Shown here in pieces: positions 48,336 to 58,552 of a DNA stretch of 64,000 nt; the stretch's first letter is position 1, and each line of letters begins with the position of its first letter. The translations under genes were made by a program, and so were the position numbers. Source of the stretch: Gemmatimonadota bacterium. Lineage in GTDB: Bacteria; Gemmatimonadota; Gemmatimonadetes; Palauibacterales; Palauibacteraceae. Below the pieces are notes generated by a model. The model was not told the DNA's origin. It searched no databases and worked only from the letters and a program-made list of their open reading frames with translations. The stretch is taken from assembly GCA_965116475.1 (NCBI GenBank), contig OZ220691.1, positions 2,144,001-2,208,000 of the forward strand, in the 5' to 3' direction.

Positions 48336-49691
48336 TCAGGGCGCGTCGATGGCCACGCGGCGCACCTCCCGGCCGAGGACTTGCCGCAGGCGGGCGAAGA
48401 GGAGGACGGCCACCGCGGCGAGTCCGGCGGCCAGGCCCCACCACAGGCCGCGCGGGCCCCAGTCGGCGCGGAAGGCGAGCAAGTAGCTCACCGGCACGCC
48501 GAGCAGCCAGAAGCCGAGGGCGTTGACGAGGAAGGGTGTGAAGGTGTTGCCGGCGCCGCGCAGCACGCCGGCCGCGACGGTCTGGAGGCCGTCGGCGACC
48601 TGGAAGACGCCGGCGATCGGGATCAGGGATGCGGCGATCGCGATGACCGCGAGGTCGTGCGAGTAGAGGCCGGCCCAGAAGCGCGGGAAGGCGAGAAACG
48701 CGCCCGCGGTCGCGAGCATGAAGACGCCGCTGAGCTGGATCCCCGCGGCGGCGGCCCGGCGAGCTCCGTCCATGTCCTCACGTCCGACCGCGTGGCCGAC
48801 GCGGACGGCGGAAGCGGCCGCGATCCCGAACGGGACCATGAAGGTGAGCGCGGCGAGGTTGAGCGCGATCTGGTGCCCCGCCATCGGCTCGGTGCCCAGC
48901 CAGCCCATCATGACGCCGATCACGGCGAACGCGCCGAACTCGAGTTGCTGCTGGAAGCCGATCGGAGTGCCGAGCCGCACCATGCGCACGAGCGCGCGCC
49001 GGTCGAGCGCCTCGCGCCGGAACCGGCCCAGATAGGGACGCATGGAGGGCCAGGACAGCCAGAGCAGCGCGGCCGCCATGCACCAGCGCGCGAGGCTCGA
49101 TCCCCACGCCGAGCCCACCGCCCCCAACTGCGGCACCCCGAGATTGCCGTAGATCAGCACCCAGTTGAGGAAGGCGTTGAGGAGGTTCGCGCCCGCGATC
49201 GTCCACACGATCGGTGCCACCCGGTGCATCGCCTGCAGGCTCTGCCGGAGTACGACGAACGCGTAGAAGGGGAGCATCCCGAGGATCGACCCCAGCGCGT
49301 ATCCCCCGGCCACCGGCACGACATCCGCGGGTTGCCGCAGGAGGGCGAAGATGCGTGCGGCGGGCAGGAAGAGCAGGGAGGTGATCGCCGTCAGAAAAAG
49401 GGTGAGGACGAGCGCCCGCTGAATCCCCCGGGCGGCGGCTTCATGGTCGCCCGCCGCGACGCCCTGCGCGACGATGGGATCGAGGGACATCAACACGCCC
49501 ATCCCGAACACGGCGATCTGGAAGAAGTAGATGTTGCCCAGGCCGACGGCGGCGAGATCGGTCGCCGACAGGTGGCCGACCATGAGCGTGTCCACGACGC
49601 CCATCATCATGATGCCGACCTGGACGGTCACGATCGGGAGGGCCAGTTCCAGCATGCTCGCGAGGTCCGCGCGGCGGAGGGTGAGGTTCAT
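48336..49691 (-). CDS. MATE family efflux transporter (NorM-like)
   Basis: LALPI...VDTLMVGHL, LNWVLIYG, G.PI, AGHQIA, FQVADGLQ, GLWWGL. Confidence 0.93.
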   Translation of the reverse strand: MNLTLRRADLASMLELALPIVTVQVGIMMMGVVDTLMVGHLSATDLAAVGLGNIYFFQIAVFGMGVLMSLDPIVAQGVAAGDHEAAARGIQRALVLTLFLTAITSLLFLPAARIFALLRQPADVVPVAGGYALGSILGMLPFYAFVVLRQSLQAMHRVAPIVWTIAGANLLNAFLNWVLIYGNLGVPQLGAVGSAWGSSLARWCMAAALLWLSWPSMRPYLGRFRREALDRRALVRMVRLGTPIGFQQQLEFGAFAVIGVMMGWLGTEPMAGHQIALNLAALTFMVPFGIAAASAVRVGHAVGREDMDGARRAAAAGIQLSGVFMLATAGAFLAFPRFWAGLYSHDLAVIAIAASLIPIAGVFQVADGLQTVAAGVLRGAGNTFTPFLVNALGFWLLGVPVSYLLAFRADWGPRGLWWGLAAGLAAVAVLLFARLRQVLGREVRRVAIDAP

Positions 49692-49811
49692 CGCGCCATC
49701 ATCGCCGGGCGTCTCGTGGCGCGCAAATCCCTGCGGGTCCGCGGAATTCCGTTGCCGCCCCGCAGCGCCGCGGATAGACTCCGCCTCACCCGCTCCGAGG
49801 GCCGGAAGCGG

Positions 49812-49875
49812 GCAGGACCGAGGGGCAGGACCGAGGGACAAGACCGAGGGGCAAGATCGAGGGGGCAGGATCGAG
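49812..49875 (+). repeat. 13-bp tandem repeat, about 5 copies
   Basis: GCAGGACCGAGGG and variants. Confidence 0.85.
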
Positions 49876-50520
49876 ATTCTGACTTTTGCGGGCGGGCCGT
49901 TCGTGCAGAACACGCTGCTCGTGGTCTGTGAGGACGGCCGCACGGGGCTGCTGGTCGACCCCGGCGCCGCGACACCCGAGGCGCTGGCCGAGGCGCGCGC
50001 CCGCGACCTGGACATCGCGGCGCTCCTCGTCACGCACGCCCACCTGGATCACATCGACGGCCTCAAGGAGGCGAAGGCGGAGACGGGGGCGCCGATCTAC
50101 CTGCACCCGCTGGACCGCCCGCTCTACGACAACATCGCGAACCAGGCCCTCGTGTTCGGCGTGCCGTATGTGGAGCCGCCGCCGCCCGACATCGACCTGG
50201 TCCCCGGCACGAACATCGCCTTCGGCGGCTCGGAATTCGAAGTCGTGTTTGCGCCTGGCCACGCGCCGGGGCACGTGATGTTCGTCTCGACGTCGCACCC
50301 CGTGGCGATCGTGGGGGATGTGATCTTCCGCGGGTCGATCGGGAGGACGGACCTCCCGAACGGGGACTACGGCGTCCTCATGGAGTCCATCCGGACGCAG
50401 GTGCTGACGCTACCTCCCGAGACCCGCCTCTACCCGGGTCACGGCCTCGAGACCACCGTGGCACTGGAGCGCGACACCAACCCCTTCGTCCTCCAGCTCC
50501 ACGGCGGCCGCTGGGTCTAG
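49870..50520 (+). CDS. MBL-fold hydrolase (glyoxalase II/YcbL-like); start uncertain
   Basis: THAHLDH, PGHAPGH, GDVIF.GSIGRTD, PGHG. Confidence 0.88.
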   Translation: MEILTFAGGPFVQNTLLVVCEDGRTGLLVDPGAATPEALAEARARDLDIAALLVTHAHLDHIDGLKEAKAETGAPIYLHPLDRPLYDNIANQALVFGVPYVEPPPPDIDLVPGTNIAFGGSEFEVVFAPGHAPGHVMFVSTSHPVAIVGDVIFRGSIGRTDLPNGDYGVLMESIRTQVLTLPPETRLYPGHGLETTVALERDTNPFVLQLHGGRWV

Positions 50521-50527
50521 CAGCCCG

Positions 50528-51979
50528 TCAGGGGTTCGTGGCCACGGGTTCGAACGCCTTGAGGACCTCGCGCGTCATGTCCCAGCGGTCGAAGCCCTGC
50601 CGGCCGTAGTCGAGCCCGCGGCGGACGATGACGACGTCGTGTGAAGGCACGACGACGACGAACTGACCGCGGTTTCCGGCGGTGGAGTAGGCGTCCTTCG
50701 GCACGTCCGTGCGGTCGTCGGGCACGAGCCAGAACTGGCCGCCGTAGAAGTTGCCGGTCTCGGAGGTGGCGGGGGCCGGCGTCCGCACGAAGTCGATCCA
50801 CTCCTCGGAGATCAGGCGCTCGTCCCTCCACATCCCGTTCTGCGCGTAGAGGAGTCCGAAGCGGGCCAGGTCCCGGGCCGTCGTGTACACCTGGCTGCTC
50901 ATGATGAAGTCGCCGAACCGGTCCGTGCTGAGGAGCGTGTTCCGCATCCCGATCTTGTCGAGGAGGCGTTCCCGCGGGAACTCGAGGTAGGCCTGCGGGT
51001 CGCCGATCACCTGCTTCATCGCGTACACGCCGAGCAGCGTGTCGTAGTTCTCGTAGTCCCAGAACGTCCCGGGTTCCTGCATGAGCGAGCGGTTGCGGGC
51101 GCCGTGCACCGAACTCTCGCCGGCCCAGTACGAGAAGCCCGATCCGGTCGCGTACTCCATGCCCCAACTGTCCACGGGATAGAGTCCGCTGGACATGTTG
51201 AGCACGTGACGAAGGGTGATCTCGCGCCGGGGATCGGTCTCCGGGGAGCCCGCGTTCTCGGGCAGCCAGTCGAAGGGCAGGGGCTCGTCGAGCGCCAGCT
51301 TGCCGTCGTCGACGAGCATGCCGATCAGGGTCGAGGCGATGCTCTTCGCGGTCGACCAGGTGCGGGTCTTCGTGAACATGTCGATGCCGGGAGCGTAACG
51401 CTCGTGGATGATCTCCCCGTCGTGGAGGACGATGAGACTGAGCGTCACCTGCTCCGGGGATTCGCGGTCGAACGTCCAGTCGGACGCGGCCTCGAGCGCC
51501 ACCGGATCGACGCCGCGCGGGAGTGGACGGCTCATGACGAGGTCGCCGTCCGGCCACGCCGCCCCCGCCGCAGCGCCGTCCGGCCGGGGCGTCGCCAGGA
51601 TCGGCAGGTCGTCGATGTCGTCGAAGGTCTGCTCCGGCGACATGATCACGCACCCGATCCCCTCGCGGAACGCCGCCCTCATGGTCGGGGTCGCGCCGGG
51701 TTCGCCGATGGCGACGGCCTTCCTCTCCCAGTCGACGACGTAGTCGCCGCCCTCGGCCGTCCCGACCGGGTCGCGCAGGTAGGCGAGTTCCTGCTCGAAG
51801 ACCTGCTCGAGCGTCCGGTCTCCCGTGAACAGGCCGTTGCACTGGAGGATGGCCTGGACGCCGCGCTGGATCATCTCCCGCTGCGGAGCGAAGTAATCGT
51901 AGGACCGCTCCTGCTGGGCCGCGGCGGCGGCCGGTGCGAGAAGAGCGAGCGCGACGGCCGCGAAGGTGAGGCGTTTCAT
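50528..51979 (-). CDS. Secreted serine hydrolase (beta-lactamase fold)
   Basis: WSTAKS, YEN, TARDLARFG; signal peptide. Confidence 0.88.
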   Translation of the reverse strand: MKRLTFAAVALALLAPAAAAAQQERSYDYFAPQREMIQRGVQAILQCNGLFTGDRTLEQVFEQELAYLRDPVGTAEGGDYVVDWERKAVAIGEPGATPTMRAAFREGIGCVIMSPEQTFDDIDDLPILATPRPDGAAAGAAWPDGDLVMSRPLPRGVDPVALEAASDWTFDRESPEQVTLSLIVLHDGEIIHERYAPGIDMFTKTRTWSTAKSIASTLIGMLVDDGKLALDEPLPFDWLPENAGSPETDPRREITLRHVLNMSSGLYPVDSWGMEYATGSGFSYWAGESSVHGARNRSLMQEPGTFWDYENYDTLLGVYAMKQVIGDPQAYLEFPRERLLDKIGMRNTLLSTDRFGDFIMSSQVYTTARDLARFGLLYAQNGMWRDERLISEEWIDFVRTPAPATSETGNFYGGQFWLVPDDRTDVPKDAYSTAGNRGQFVVVVPSHDVVIVRRGLDYGRQGFDRWDMTREVLKAFEPVATNP

Positions 51980-52099
51980 GGCTTCCCCCGGAGTCCGGAC
52001 GACAGGTGTTCTGGAACCCTGCCAACATGCGGGGCGGGCGCGTTTCCGGCCACGGGGGCGGAGGTCGCGCCGGCGGGCGGGCGGGAATATCGTGTCCCC

Positions 52100-52717
52100 G
52101 TGATCGACCAGATTCTCTACGGCTCCATTGCGCTCATCGCGCTCACGAACCCACTCGCCGAGCTGCCCTTCTTCTTCGCGGCGACGGACGGGTTCTCGCG
52201 CGCGGAATTGCGGCGCGCGGCAGTGAAGGTTGCCATCGGGGTTGTCATCGTGCTCACCGTTGCCACGGTGGCCGGCGCGCGCATCCTCGACCTCTTCGAC
52301 GTGAGCTTCGCCGCGTTCCGGACGGCCGGCGGCCTCGTCGTCATCCTCGCCGCGCTCGAGATGCTCCGCGGCGCCGGGTTCGGGATCACGGGCGTACGCC
52401 GGGATCCGGGCGAGACGGAGGACCACCTCTGGGTCCCGCTCGTCATGCCGCTGATCGCCGGGCCGGCGTCGATCACCGCCGCGATCACGCTGGCGCTCGA
52501 CGAGGCCGGCGCGTTGATCGGGATCCCCGTCGCCACGCTCATTGCGGTATTCGTCGCGTCCGCGGGCGTGCTCGCCGTGCTCCTCGCGGCCAGCTTCCTC
52601 TCGCACGCCCTGAGCCGCCGCGCGGTCAGGATCTTCGAGCGTTTCTCGGGCCTGATCCTCCTCGCCATCGGCTGCCAGATGTGCCTCAGCGGCATCCGGG
52701 AGTTCTTCGCCGGCTGA
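52100..52717 (+). CDS. MarC family membrane protein
   Basis: NPL...P.F, FRTAGG, VPLVMPLIAGP, R.SGLILLAI. Confidence 0.9.
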   Translation: MIDQILYGSIALIALTNPLAELPFFFAATDGFSRAELRRAAVKVAIGVVIVLTVATVAGARILDLFDVSFAAFRTAGGLVVILAALEMLRGAGFGITGVRRDPGETEDHLWVPLVMPLIAGPASITAAITLALDEAGALIGIPVATLIAVFVASAGVLAVLLAASFLSHALSRRAVRIFERFSGLILLAIGCQMCLSGIREFFAG

Positions 52718-52739
52718 CGGAGTCGGCTGGCGGAATCGG

Positions 52740-53279
52740 CTAACGGACGATGTCCACGGTCACGTTCTCGCCGAAGTGTGTTCCCAGGTCCGAGAGGAAG
52801 AGCGACGCTGAAGCGTGGTGGCCCATGATGTAGCGGCTCACGAAGCGGAAGACGGCGCTGTACACCTCCCCCTCCTCGGTGATCGTCACGGTCGCTCCGC
52901 CCGCCGCGGGTTCGATCTCGTAGATCCAGCGGCCGCCGAAGGGCATGCCCTCGGAGAGGATCGTCGTCACGAGCCGGGTCGGGGGCTCGCTCTCCGTCAA
53001 CTCCATGGGAAGCGGGCCGGTGGCCTCGATCATCACCCAGGCGGGGTTGCCGTCGCGGGCCGGGAGTTCCTCGACGCGTTCGATGGACGGACGCCACGCC
53101 GGGTAGGCCCGGTAGTCCGCGATGGTCGCGAAGATCTCCTCCGGCGACGCGGAGAACTCGGCCCTCACGGCCGCGACATGATCCTGGGGCAGGGCGCTCC
53201 CGACGCCGTAGACGACCGCGAACAGGCCCGCGATGACGACGAGCATGCCGATGATGATGCGCTTCAGGGTGCGATTCAT
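52740..53279 (-). CDS. SRPBCC/polyketide cyclase-like protein with N-terminal TM
   Basis: ASPEEIFATIADY...W, FGGRW.YEI, TITE.G. Confidence 0.8.
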   Translation of the reverse strand: MNRTLKRIIIGMLVVIAGLFAVVYGVGSALPQDHVAAVRAEFSASPEEIFATIADYRAYPAWRPSIERVEELPARDGNPAWVMIEATGPLPMELTESEPPTRLVTTILSEGMPFGGRWIYEIEPAAGGATVTITEEGEVYSAVFRFVSRYIMGHHASASLFLSDLGTHFGENVTVDIVR

Positions 53280-54202
53280 GGGTTCGTTCCCGGTGTGGGG
53301 GGGGCGTCGTCGCGGAGGATGGGGAGCGTGAGGCACGTCGGCCCGCCCTCGCACGGGAGGCAAAGCGCGTCGCCGTCGACGCACGTGACGTCGCAGCCCG
53401 CGTCGCGCATCAGCCGGACGGTCTCCGGGAATCCATCCAGCGCGATGCAGCGGCGCGGGGCCGTTGCGAGCACGTTGAGATTCATCCCGGCGGAGGCCGC
53501 GAATTCCTCATCCCCCGCTTCAAGGCAGCGGATGCCGCGCTCCCGCATCAACGCGTGAAGCGCGACCGGGAAGAGCCGGGGATAGAAGAGCGCCAGATCC
53601 CGGTCCAGCGGGCTGACGAGCGAGAGGAGGTGGAGACAGGCGGCGCTTCCGTTCCACATCGGGAGATCGAAGGCGCGGACTTCGATCCCGAGCGGGGCCA
53701 CCAGGGCCCGGAGCTGGTCGATGCCCGCCTGGTTGGTGCGGAAGCCGCGCCCCGCTGCGAGCGTGCGTTCGTCCACCCACAGCAGGTCTCCGCCCTCCGC
53801 GATTCCGGGGGGCTCGATGGCGCCGATCACGGGCAGGCCGAGACGCCGGTAGAGCGCCTCGTGGCTGGCCACTTCGGGCTGCCGCAACGCCTTGCCGGGC
53901 CGCAGGAGGATCGCCCCGCCGGGGGTCATGAAGGAGGGGTCGAACGGGAACATCGCGTCGGCGAGGCCGTCGTCCCCGGCACCCTCGATCCACTCGATCT
54001 CCGTCCCGGAGGCCGCGACGCACGCCGCGAACGCGTCGTACTGGCCGAGCAGCCGGTCGGGCGCGATCGGCCCCGCGTAGTGCCAGCGCGCCGGATCCGC
54101 CTCCAGCGTCGCCCGCCCCGGACGGCGCATCGCCACGCGCCGCAGCGGCGCCACCATGCTGGAGACGCCGAATCCCGCTTCGGTCCGCAGCCGCCCGTTC
54201 AT
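53276..54202 (-). CDS. Amidinotransferase/dimethylarginine dimethylaminohydrolase family protein
   Basis: F..DP, EGGD, RTN..G, LHL, GGPTCLT. Confidence 0.88.
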   Translation of the reverse strand: MNGRLRTEAGFGVSSMVAPLRRVAMRRPGRATLEADPARWHYAGPIAPDRLLGQYDAFAACVAASGTEIEWIEGAGDDGLADAMFPFDPSFMTPGGAILLRPGKALRQPEVASHEALYRRLGLPVIGAIEPPGIAEGGDLLWVDERTLAAGRGFRTNQAGIDQLRALVAPLGIEVRAFDLPMWNGSAACLHLLSLVSPLDRDLALFYPRLFPVALHALMRERGIRCLEAGDEEFAASAGMNLNVLATAPRRCIALDGFPETVRLMRDAGCDVTCVDGDALCLPCEGGPTCLTLPILRDDAPPTPGTNP

Positions 54203-54285
54203 CTGGCTGAAGCTACCGCGGCACCCGTACCTTCGCTGCCCGCGACGCCGCCACGGCACAGACCGCAGCACGAGGGTTCCCGAGC

Positions 54286-54816
54286 TTGAACCGAAACCGT
54301 TTCCGCAGCGCCTCGACGTTCTCCGAGTACCTGGAGACGGTCGAGAAGAACCGCGAACTCTGGCACGCGCTGGCCCGGCGCGCGGCGGTGGACGAGGAGA
54401 TCCGGCAACGCGCCCGCGCCATCCCCGGCCGGTGGCACGTCATCGCGCTCACCGAGGACTGGTGCGGAGACGCGATCAACACCCTCCCCGTGTTCGATCG
54501 CCTGGCGGAGGCCGCCGGGAACATCGAACTGCGCCTCCTCCTGCGGGACGAGAACCCGGATCTGATGGACGCCCACCTGACGAACGGGACGAGCCGGTCC
54601 ATACCGGTCCTCATCGTCTACGATGAACAGTTCCGCGAGCGTGGGTGGTGGGGCCCCCGGCCGGCCCCCATCCAGGAGTGGGTGATGACGGAGGGGATGG
54701 AGCTGGACCCGGCGGACCGCTATCGCGAGGTTCGCCGCTACTACGCGCGGGACAAGGGTCGCACCGCGCTGGACGAGTTCCTCCGGATTCTCGAGCGCGC
54801 GGCCGCCGGCGACTGA
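54286..54816 (+). CDS. Thioredoxin family protein (WCGD type)
   Basis: EDWCGDA, RDEN, SRSIP, WGPRP. Confidence 0.88.
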   Translation: MNRNRFRSASTFSEYLETVEKNRELWHALARRAAVDEEIRQRARAIPGRWHVIALTEDWCGDAINTLPVFDRLAEAAGNIELRLLLRDENPDLMDAHLTNGTSRSIPVLIVYDEQFRERGWWGPRPAPIQEWVMTEGMELDPADRYREVRRYYARDKGRTALDEFLRILERAAAGD

Positions 54817-54823
54817 GCGGGAG

Positions 54824-56164
54824 TCAGCCGCCACCGCCGCCTCGGGCCCGCATCACGACGAACACCGGGACGCCCGCCACGAGGAGGAGGAAGCCCCAGA
54901 ACACGATTTCGGGGCCCGCCCCCGCGATGGCCCAGAACGAAAACCCGAAGGCGAGGACGGCCACCACCAGCCGCCGCACGGGGGCTGCGGCGTCGGGGAG
55001 TTGCGCCGTCCCCGAGGCACCCTGCGCGGCGATGCGCTCGCGTATGGCGAAGAGCAGCCCGGTCGTGCTCGCGAACACGTAGGCGAGCAGCGTCGCGAGC
55101 GTGGAGAGCAGGATGAGAAAGGTGAAGGCCTGGACGAGGCCGCGCGTGTAGTTCATCGCGATGAGGATCGTCGCGACGCCCGCCGCGAAGATGAGTCCAA
55201 AGGACGGCGTGCCGCGCGGACTGAGCCGCGCGAAGGCGGCGGGGAGGAGGCCGTCCTGCGCGGCGGCCCGCGGGAGCTGGCCGGAGAGCAGGATCCAGCC
55301 GTTGAGCGCGCCGAAACAGGCGATCGTGGCGCCCGCGCCGATCACGAGCCGGCCGGCCTCCCCCCAGATCGATCCGGCCGCGTCCGCGAAAGGCGCAGTG
55401 GAGACGGCGAGGTCCGCCGGCGCGATGATCCCCATCACGGCCGAAGTGCTGATGATGAAGACCAATGCCGCGATCACGGTGCCGAGGATCGTGGCCCGCG
55501 GGATCGTGCGCGCCGGATCCCGAACGTCGGCGGCGGGAACGGTCGCGGCCTCGAGTCCCATGAAGGCCCACAGCGTGAGCGTCACCGTCGCTGTCACGGC
55601 GGTGACGGGACTGCCGCCGGCGGGGTTGAACGGCCGGAAGTGCTCGGGCTGGAAGTAGAGGAAGCCGATCGTCCCGATCGCCGCCAGCGGCAGGAGCTTG
55701 AGCACGGTGGTGACGAGCTGCACGTGCCCCGCCGCGCGCACGCCCCAGGCGTTCACGAATGTCAGGCCCCACAGGGCGACGAGGGATGCCACGCCTCCGG
55801 CGACGGGAGAAGCACCCAGCAGGGGCCAGAAGACGGTCGCATAGCTCACGGTCGCCACGGCGAGGGCGGCATTGGCCGTGAGCAGCGAGATCCAGTAGGA
55901 CCACGCGACCCAGAATCCGATGAAGTCGCCGAAGCCCTCGCGCGCGAAGGCGTAGGGGCCGCCGACCTTCGGAATCAACGCGCCCAGCCGCGCCATCACG
56001 AGCGCCAGACACATGGCCCCGGCCGCGCTCACCAGCCAGCCGAGGATGCTGATCCCCCCGTACGGCGAGAGCGAGGCGGGCAGCAGAAAGACGCCCGAGC
56101 CCACCATGCTCCCGACGACGAGGGCCGTGCACATCCACAACCCCAGGGCGGGTCTGGGCGTCAT
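54824..56164 (-). CDS. APC amino acid permease (AdiC/PotE-like)
   Basis: GSMVGSGVFLLP, GGPY, WAFMGLE, IPRATI.G. Confidence 0.92.
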   Translation of the reverse strand: MTPRPALGLWMCTALVVGSMVGSGVFLLPASLSPYGGISILGWLVSAAGAMCLALVMARLGALIPKVGGPYAFAREGFGDFIGFWVAWSYWISLLTANAALAVATVSYATVFWPLLGASPVAGGVASLVALWGLTFVNAWGVRAAGHVQLVTTVLKLLPLAAIGTIGFLYFQPEHFRPFNPAGGSPVTAVTATVTLTLWAFMGLEAATVPAADVRDPARTIPRATILGTVIAALVFIISTSAVMGIIAPADLAVSTAPFADAAGSIWGEAGRLVIGAGATIACFGALNGWILLSGQLPRAAAQDGLLPAAFARLSPRGTPSFGLIFAAGVATILIAMNYTRGLVQAFTFLILLSTLATLLAYVFASTTGLLFAIRERIAAQGASGTAQLPDAAAPVRRLVVAVLAFGFSFWAIAGAGPEIVFWGFLLLVAGVPVFVVMRARGGGGG

Positions 56165-56203
56165 CCGCCGCTTCGGGCCGGAGTTGCCGCGGTCCTGACT
56201 ACG

Positions 56204-57349
56204 CTAGCGGTTGCCCCGGTAGCTGCGGACGGGCGGGAGGCGGGCGCCGGTGCCGCCGGGCGGTTCCGTCTCGGCCACCACCTCGAGCGTCAGCGTGCCG
56301 ATGCCGTCGATCGAGGCGCTGACGACCTCGCCGGGCTGCAGGAACCGGGTCTCCCCGCGAACCGCGGTGCCCATGCCGACCCCGCCCGAGGTGCCGTTGT
56401 TGATCACATCCCCCGGGAACAGCGTCGCGACCGAGGACCCATACTCGATCAGTTCCCACAGCGTGTGGATCATGTCTCCAGCGGTCGCCTCCTGCATGCG
56501 CTCCTCGCCGACGTCCAGCGTCTGGCGAAGCTTCTCCATCGGGTTGCCGTAGAACTCCCTGGGGACGATCCACGGACCCATGGGCGCGAACGTGTCGTGA
56601 CCCTTCCCGACGAACCAGTCCGACGTCATGGGGTTGCCGCCGGGCGGGCGCCCGCCGCGGTCGGAGACGTCGATCGTCACCGTGTACCCGAACACGTGGT
56701 CCTCGGCGTCGCGGGCGTCGACATACTTGGCGCTGCGTCCGATCACGGCGCCGAGTTCCACCTCCCAGTCGGTGCGGTCCCGTCCGAAGGGGATCACGAT
56801 CCGGTCGTCGGCGCCGATCACCGCGCCGCGCGTCGGCTTGAGGAAGAGATAGGGCACGCCGCGGTTCTCACGCCGCTGGCGGCGGGCTTCGCGCCGCTCC
56901 TCCTCGGTGCCCGCCTCGTTGACGTGGCTGTAGAAGTTGACCGCCGCGTTCAGGATCTTCCCGGGGTACATGATCGGCGGGAGGACCCGCACATCCTCGA
57001 GGTTGTGGACGAAGTCGGCCCGGCCGCTCCCGGACAGCCCGCCCCGGGCCACGAGGTCGTTGACGATTTCGTACAGCCGGAGTCGGATCCCGTACTCGTA
57101 GCGGCCGATGAGGTCGATCATGTCGGCCGGCGGCGGGACGGGCGGATAGGCGGGGTTTCGCTCCAGGTCCCGGTTCGCCTCCTCGATGTCGACGATGAGC
57201 GCGTCCCGCAGCACGAGGGCGACGCGCGGAGCGCCGCCGATCTCGAACGTTCCCACCTTGAAGGGTTCCGCGATCTCGATCTCCGGCCCCCCCTGGGCCG
57301 CGAGCGGAGCGGAGAACGCCAGGGCCGCGGCCGCGAGGAGCGCCCTCAT
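56204..57349 (-). CDS. Fumarylacetoacetate hydrolase family protein, secreted (copy B)
   Basis: NFYSH..E, FLK, DWEVELG, DVSDR, GKGHDTFAPMGP; signal peptide. Confidence 0.88.
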   Translation of the reverse strand: MRALLAAAALAFSAPLAAQGGPEIEIAEPFKVGTFEIGGAPRVALVLRDALIVDIEEANRDLERNPAYPPVPPPADMIDLIGRYEYGIRLRLYEIVNDLVARGGLSGSGRADFVHNLEDVRVLPPIMYPGKILNAAVNFYSHVNEAGTEEERREARRQRRENRGVPYLFLKPTRGAVIGADDRIVIPFGRDRTDWEVELGAVIGRSAKYVDARDAEDHVFGYTVTIDVSDRGGRPPGGNPMTSDWFVGKGHDTFAPMGPWIVPREFYGNPMEKLRQTLDVGEERMQEATAGDMIHTLWELIEYGSSVATLFPGDVINNGTSGGVGMGTAVRGETRFLQPGEVVSASIDGIGTLTLEVVAETEPPGGTGARLPPVRSYRGNR

Positions 57350-58521
57350 GAGCCCGGATCCCGCCGGTAGGTGCTCAGGGGCGGCAGCCGGACGCCGATG
57401 TCGCCGAGAGGTTCCGGCCCCTCCACGACGGGAAGCTCGATCGTGCCGATCCCGTCGATCGTCGCCGTGACGACGTCGCCCGGCTGAAGGAATCGCGCTT
57501 CGCCCATGCCGACCCCGCCGGAGGTGCCGAGGTTGATCACGTCGCCGGGGAAGAGCGTGACGATCGAGGAGGCGTACTCGATCAACTCCCACAGCGAGTG
57601 AATCATGTCCCCCGCCGTCGCCTCCTGCATGCGCTCGCCGCCCACATCCAGCGTCTGCCGCAGCATCTCCATCGGGTCGCCGTAGAACTCCTTGGGGACG
57701 ATCCACGGGCCCATCGGCGCGAACGTGTCGTGCCCCTTCTCGACCAGCCAGTCCGACGGCGTGGGGTTGCCGCCGGGGGGACGCCCGCCACGGTCGGACA
57801 CGTCGATCGTCACCGTGTAGCCGAACACGGTCGCCTGGGCATCCTCGGAAGCGACGTATTTCGCCGCCCGTCCCATGACCACGCCCAGTTCCACCTCCCA
57901 GTCGGTCTGGCTCCGGCCGTGGGGAATCACGATCCGCTCACTGGTCCCGACCACGGCGCCGCGCGACGGCTTGAGGTAGAGGTAGGGCACGCCCCGGTTC
58001 TCACGCCGCTGGCGGACCGCTTCCTCTCTCTCTCCTTCGGGCGCGTCCGCGGCGACGCGGCTGTAGAAGTTGCTCGCCGCGTTCAGGATCTTGCCCGGGT
58101 ACATGATGGGCGGGAGGATCCGGACCTCATCGACATCGTAGACGTAGTCCGCGCGCGTGGCGCCGGAGAGCCGCTGATAGGCGATCGTCTCGTTGACGAT
58201 CTCGTACAGGCGCCGCTGGAGTCCGTACTCGTAGCGGCCGATGAGGTCGAGCATGTCCGTCGGCGCCGGCACCCTCGGATAGGCGCGGTTCCGCTCGAGC
58301 ACTTCGTTCGCCAGCTCGATGTCGACGACGAAGGCGTCACGCAGCACGAGCCCGACGCGCGGAACATCCCGGATCGCGAACGTCCCCACCTTGAACGGTT
58401 CCACGAGGACGATGCCCGCGACATCCTGGGCGGCCACGGAGGCCGCGGAGAAGAGGACCGCGATCACCCCAAGCGGAAGCGCCCGTCCGGCCGAAGTTCG
58501 TCTGCGCAGTGCGGTTCTCAT
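57346..58521 (-). CDS. Fumarylacetoacetate hydrolase family protein, secreted (copy A)
   Basis: Same motifs as copy B; signal peptide ending in VAA-Q. Confidence 0.88.
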   Translation of the reverse strand: MRTALRRRTSAGRALPLGVIAVLFSAASVAAQDVAGIVLVEPFKVGTFAIRDVPRVGLVLRDAFVVDIELANEVLERNRAYPRVPAPTDMLDLIGRYEYGLQRRLYEIVNETIAYQRLSGATRADYVYDVDEVRILPPIMYPGKILNAASNFYSRVAADAPEGEREEAVRQRRENRGVPYLYLKPSRGAVVGTSERIVIPHGRSQTDWEVELGVVMGRAAKYVASEDAQATVFGYTVTIDVSDRGGRPPGGNPTPSDWLVEKGHDTFAPMGPWIVPKEFYGDPMEMLRQTLDVGGERMQEATAGDMIHSLWELIEYASSIVTLFPGDVINLGTSGGVGMGEARFLQPGDVVTATIDGIGTIELPVVEGPEPLGDIGVRLPPLSTYRRDPGS

Positions 58522-58552
58522 GGGTCTTTCCTCTCGGTTGGGGACGGCGGCC

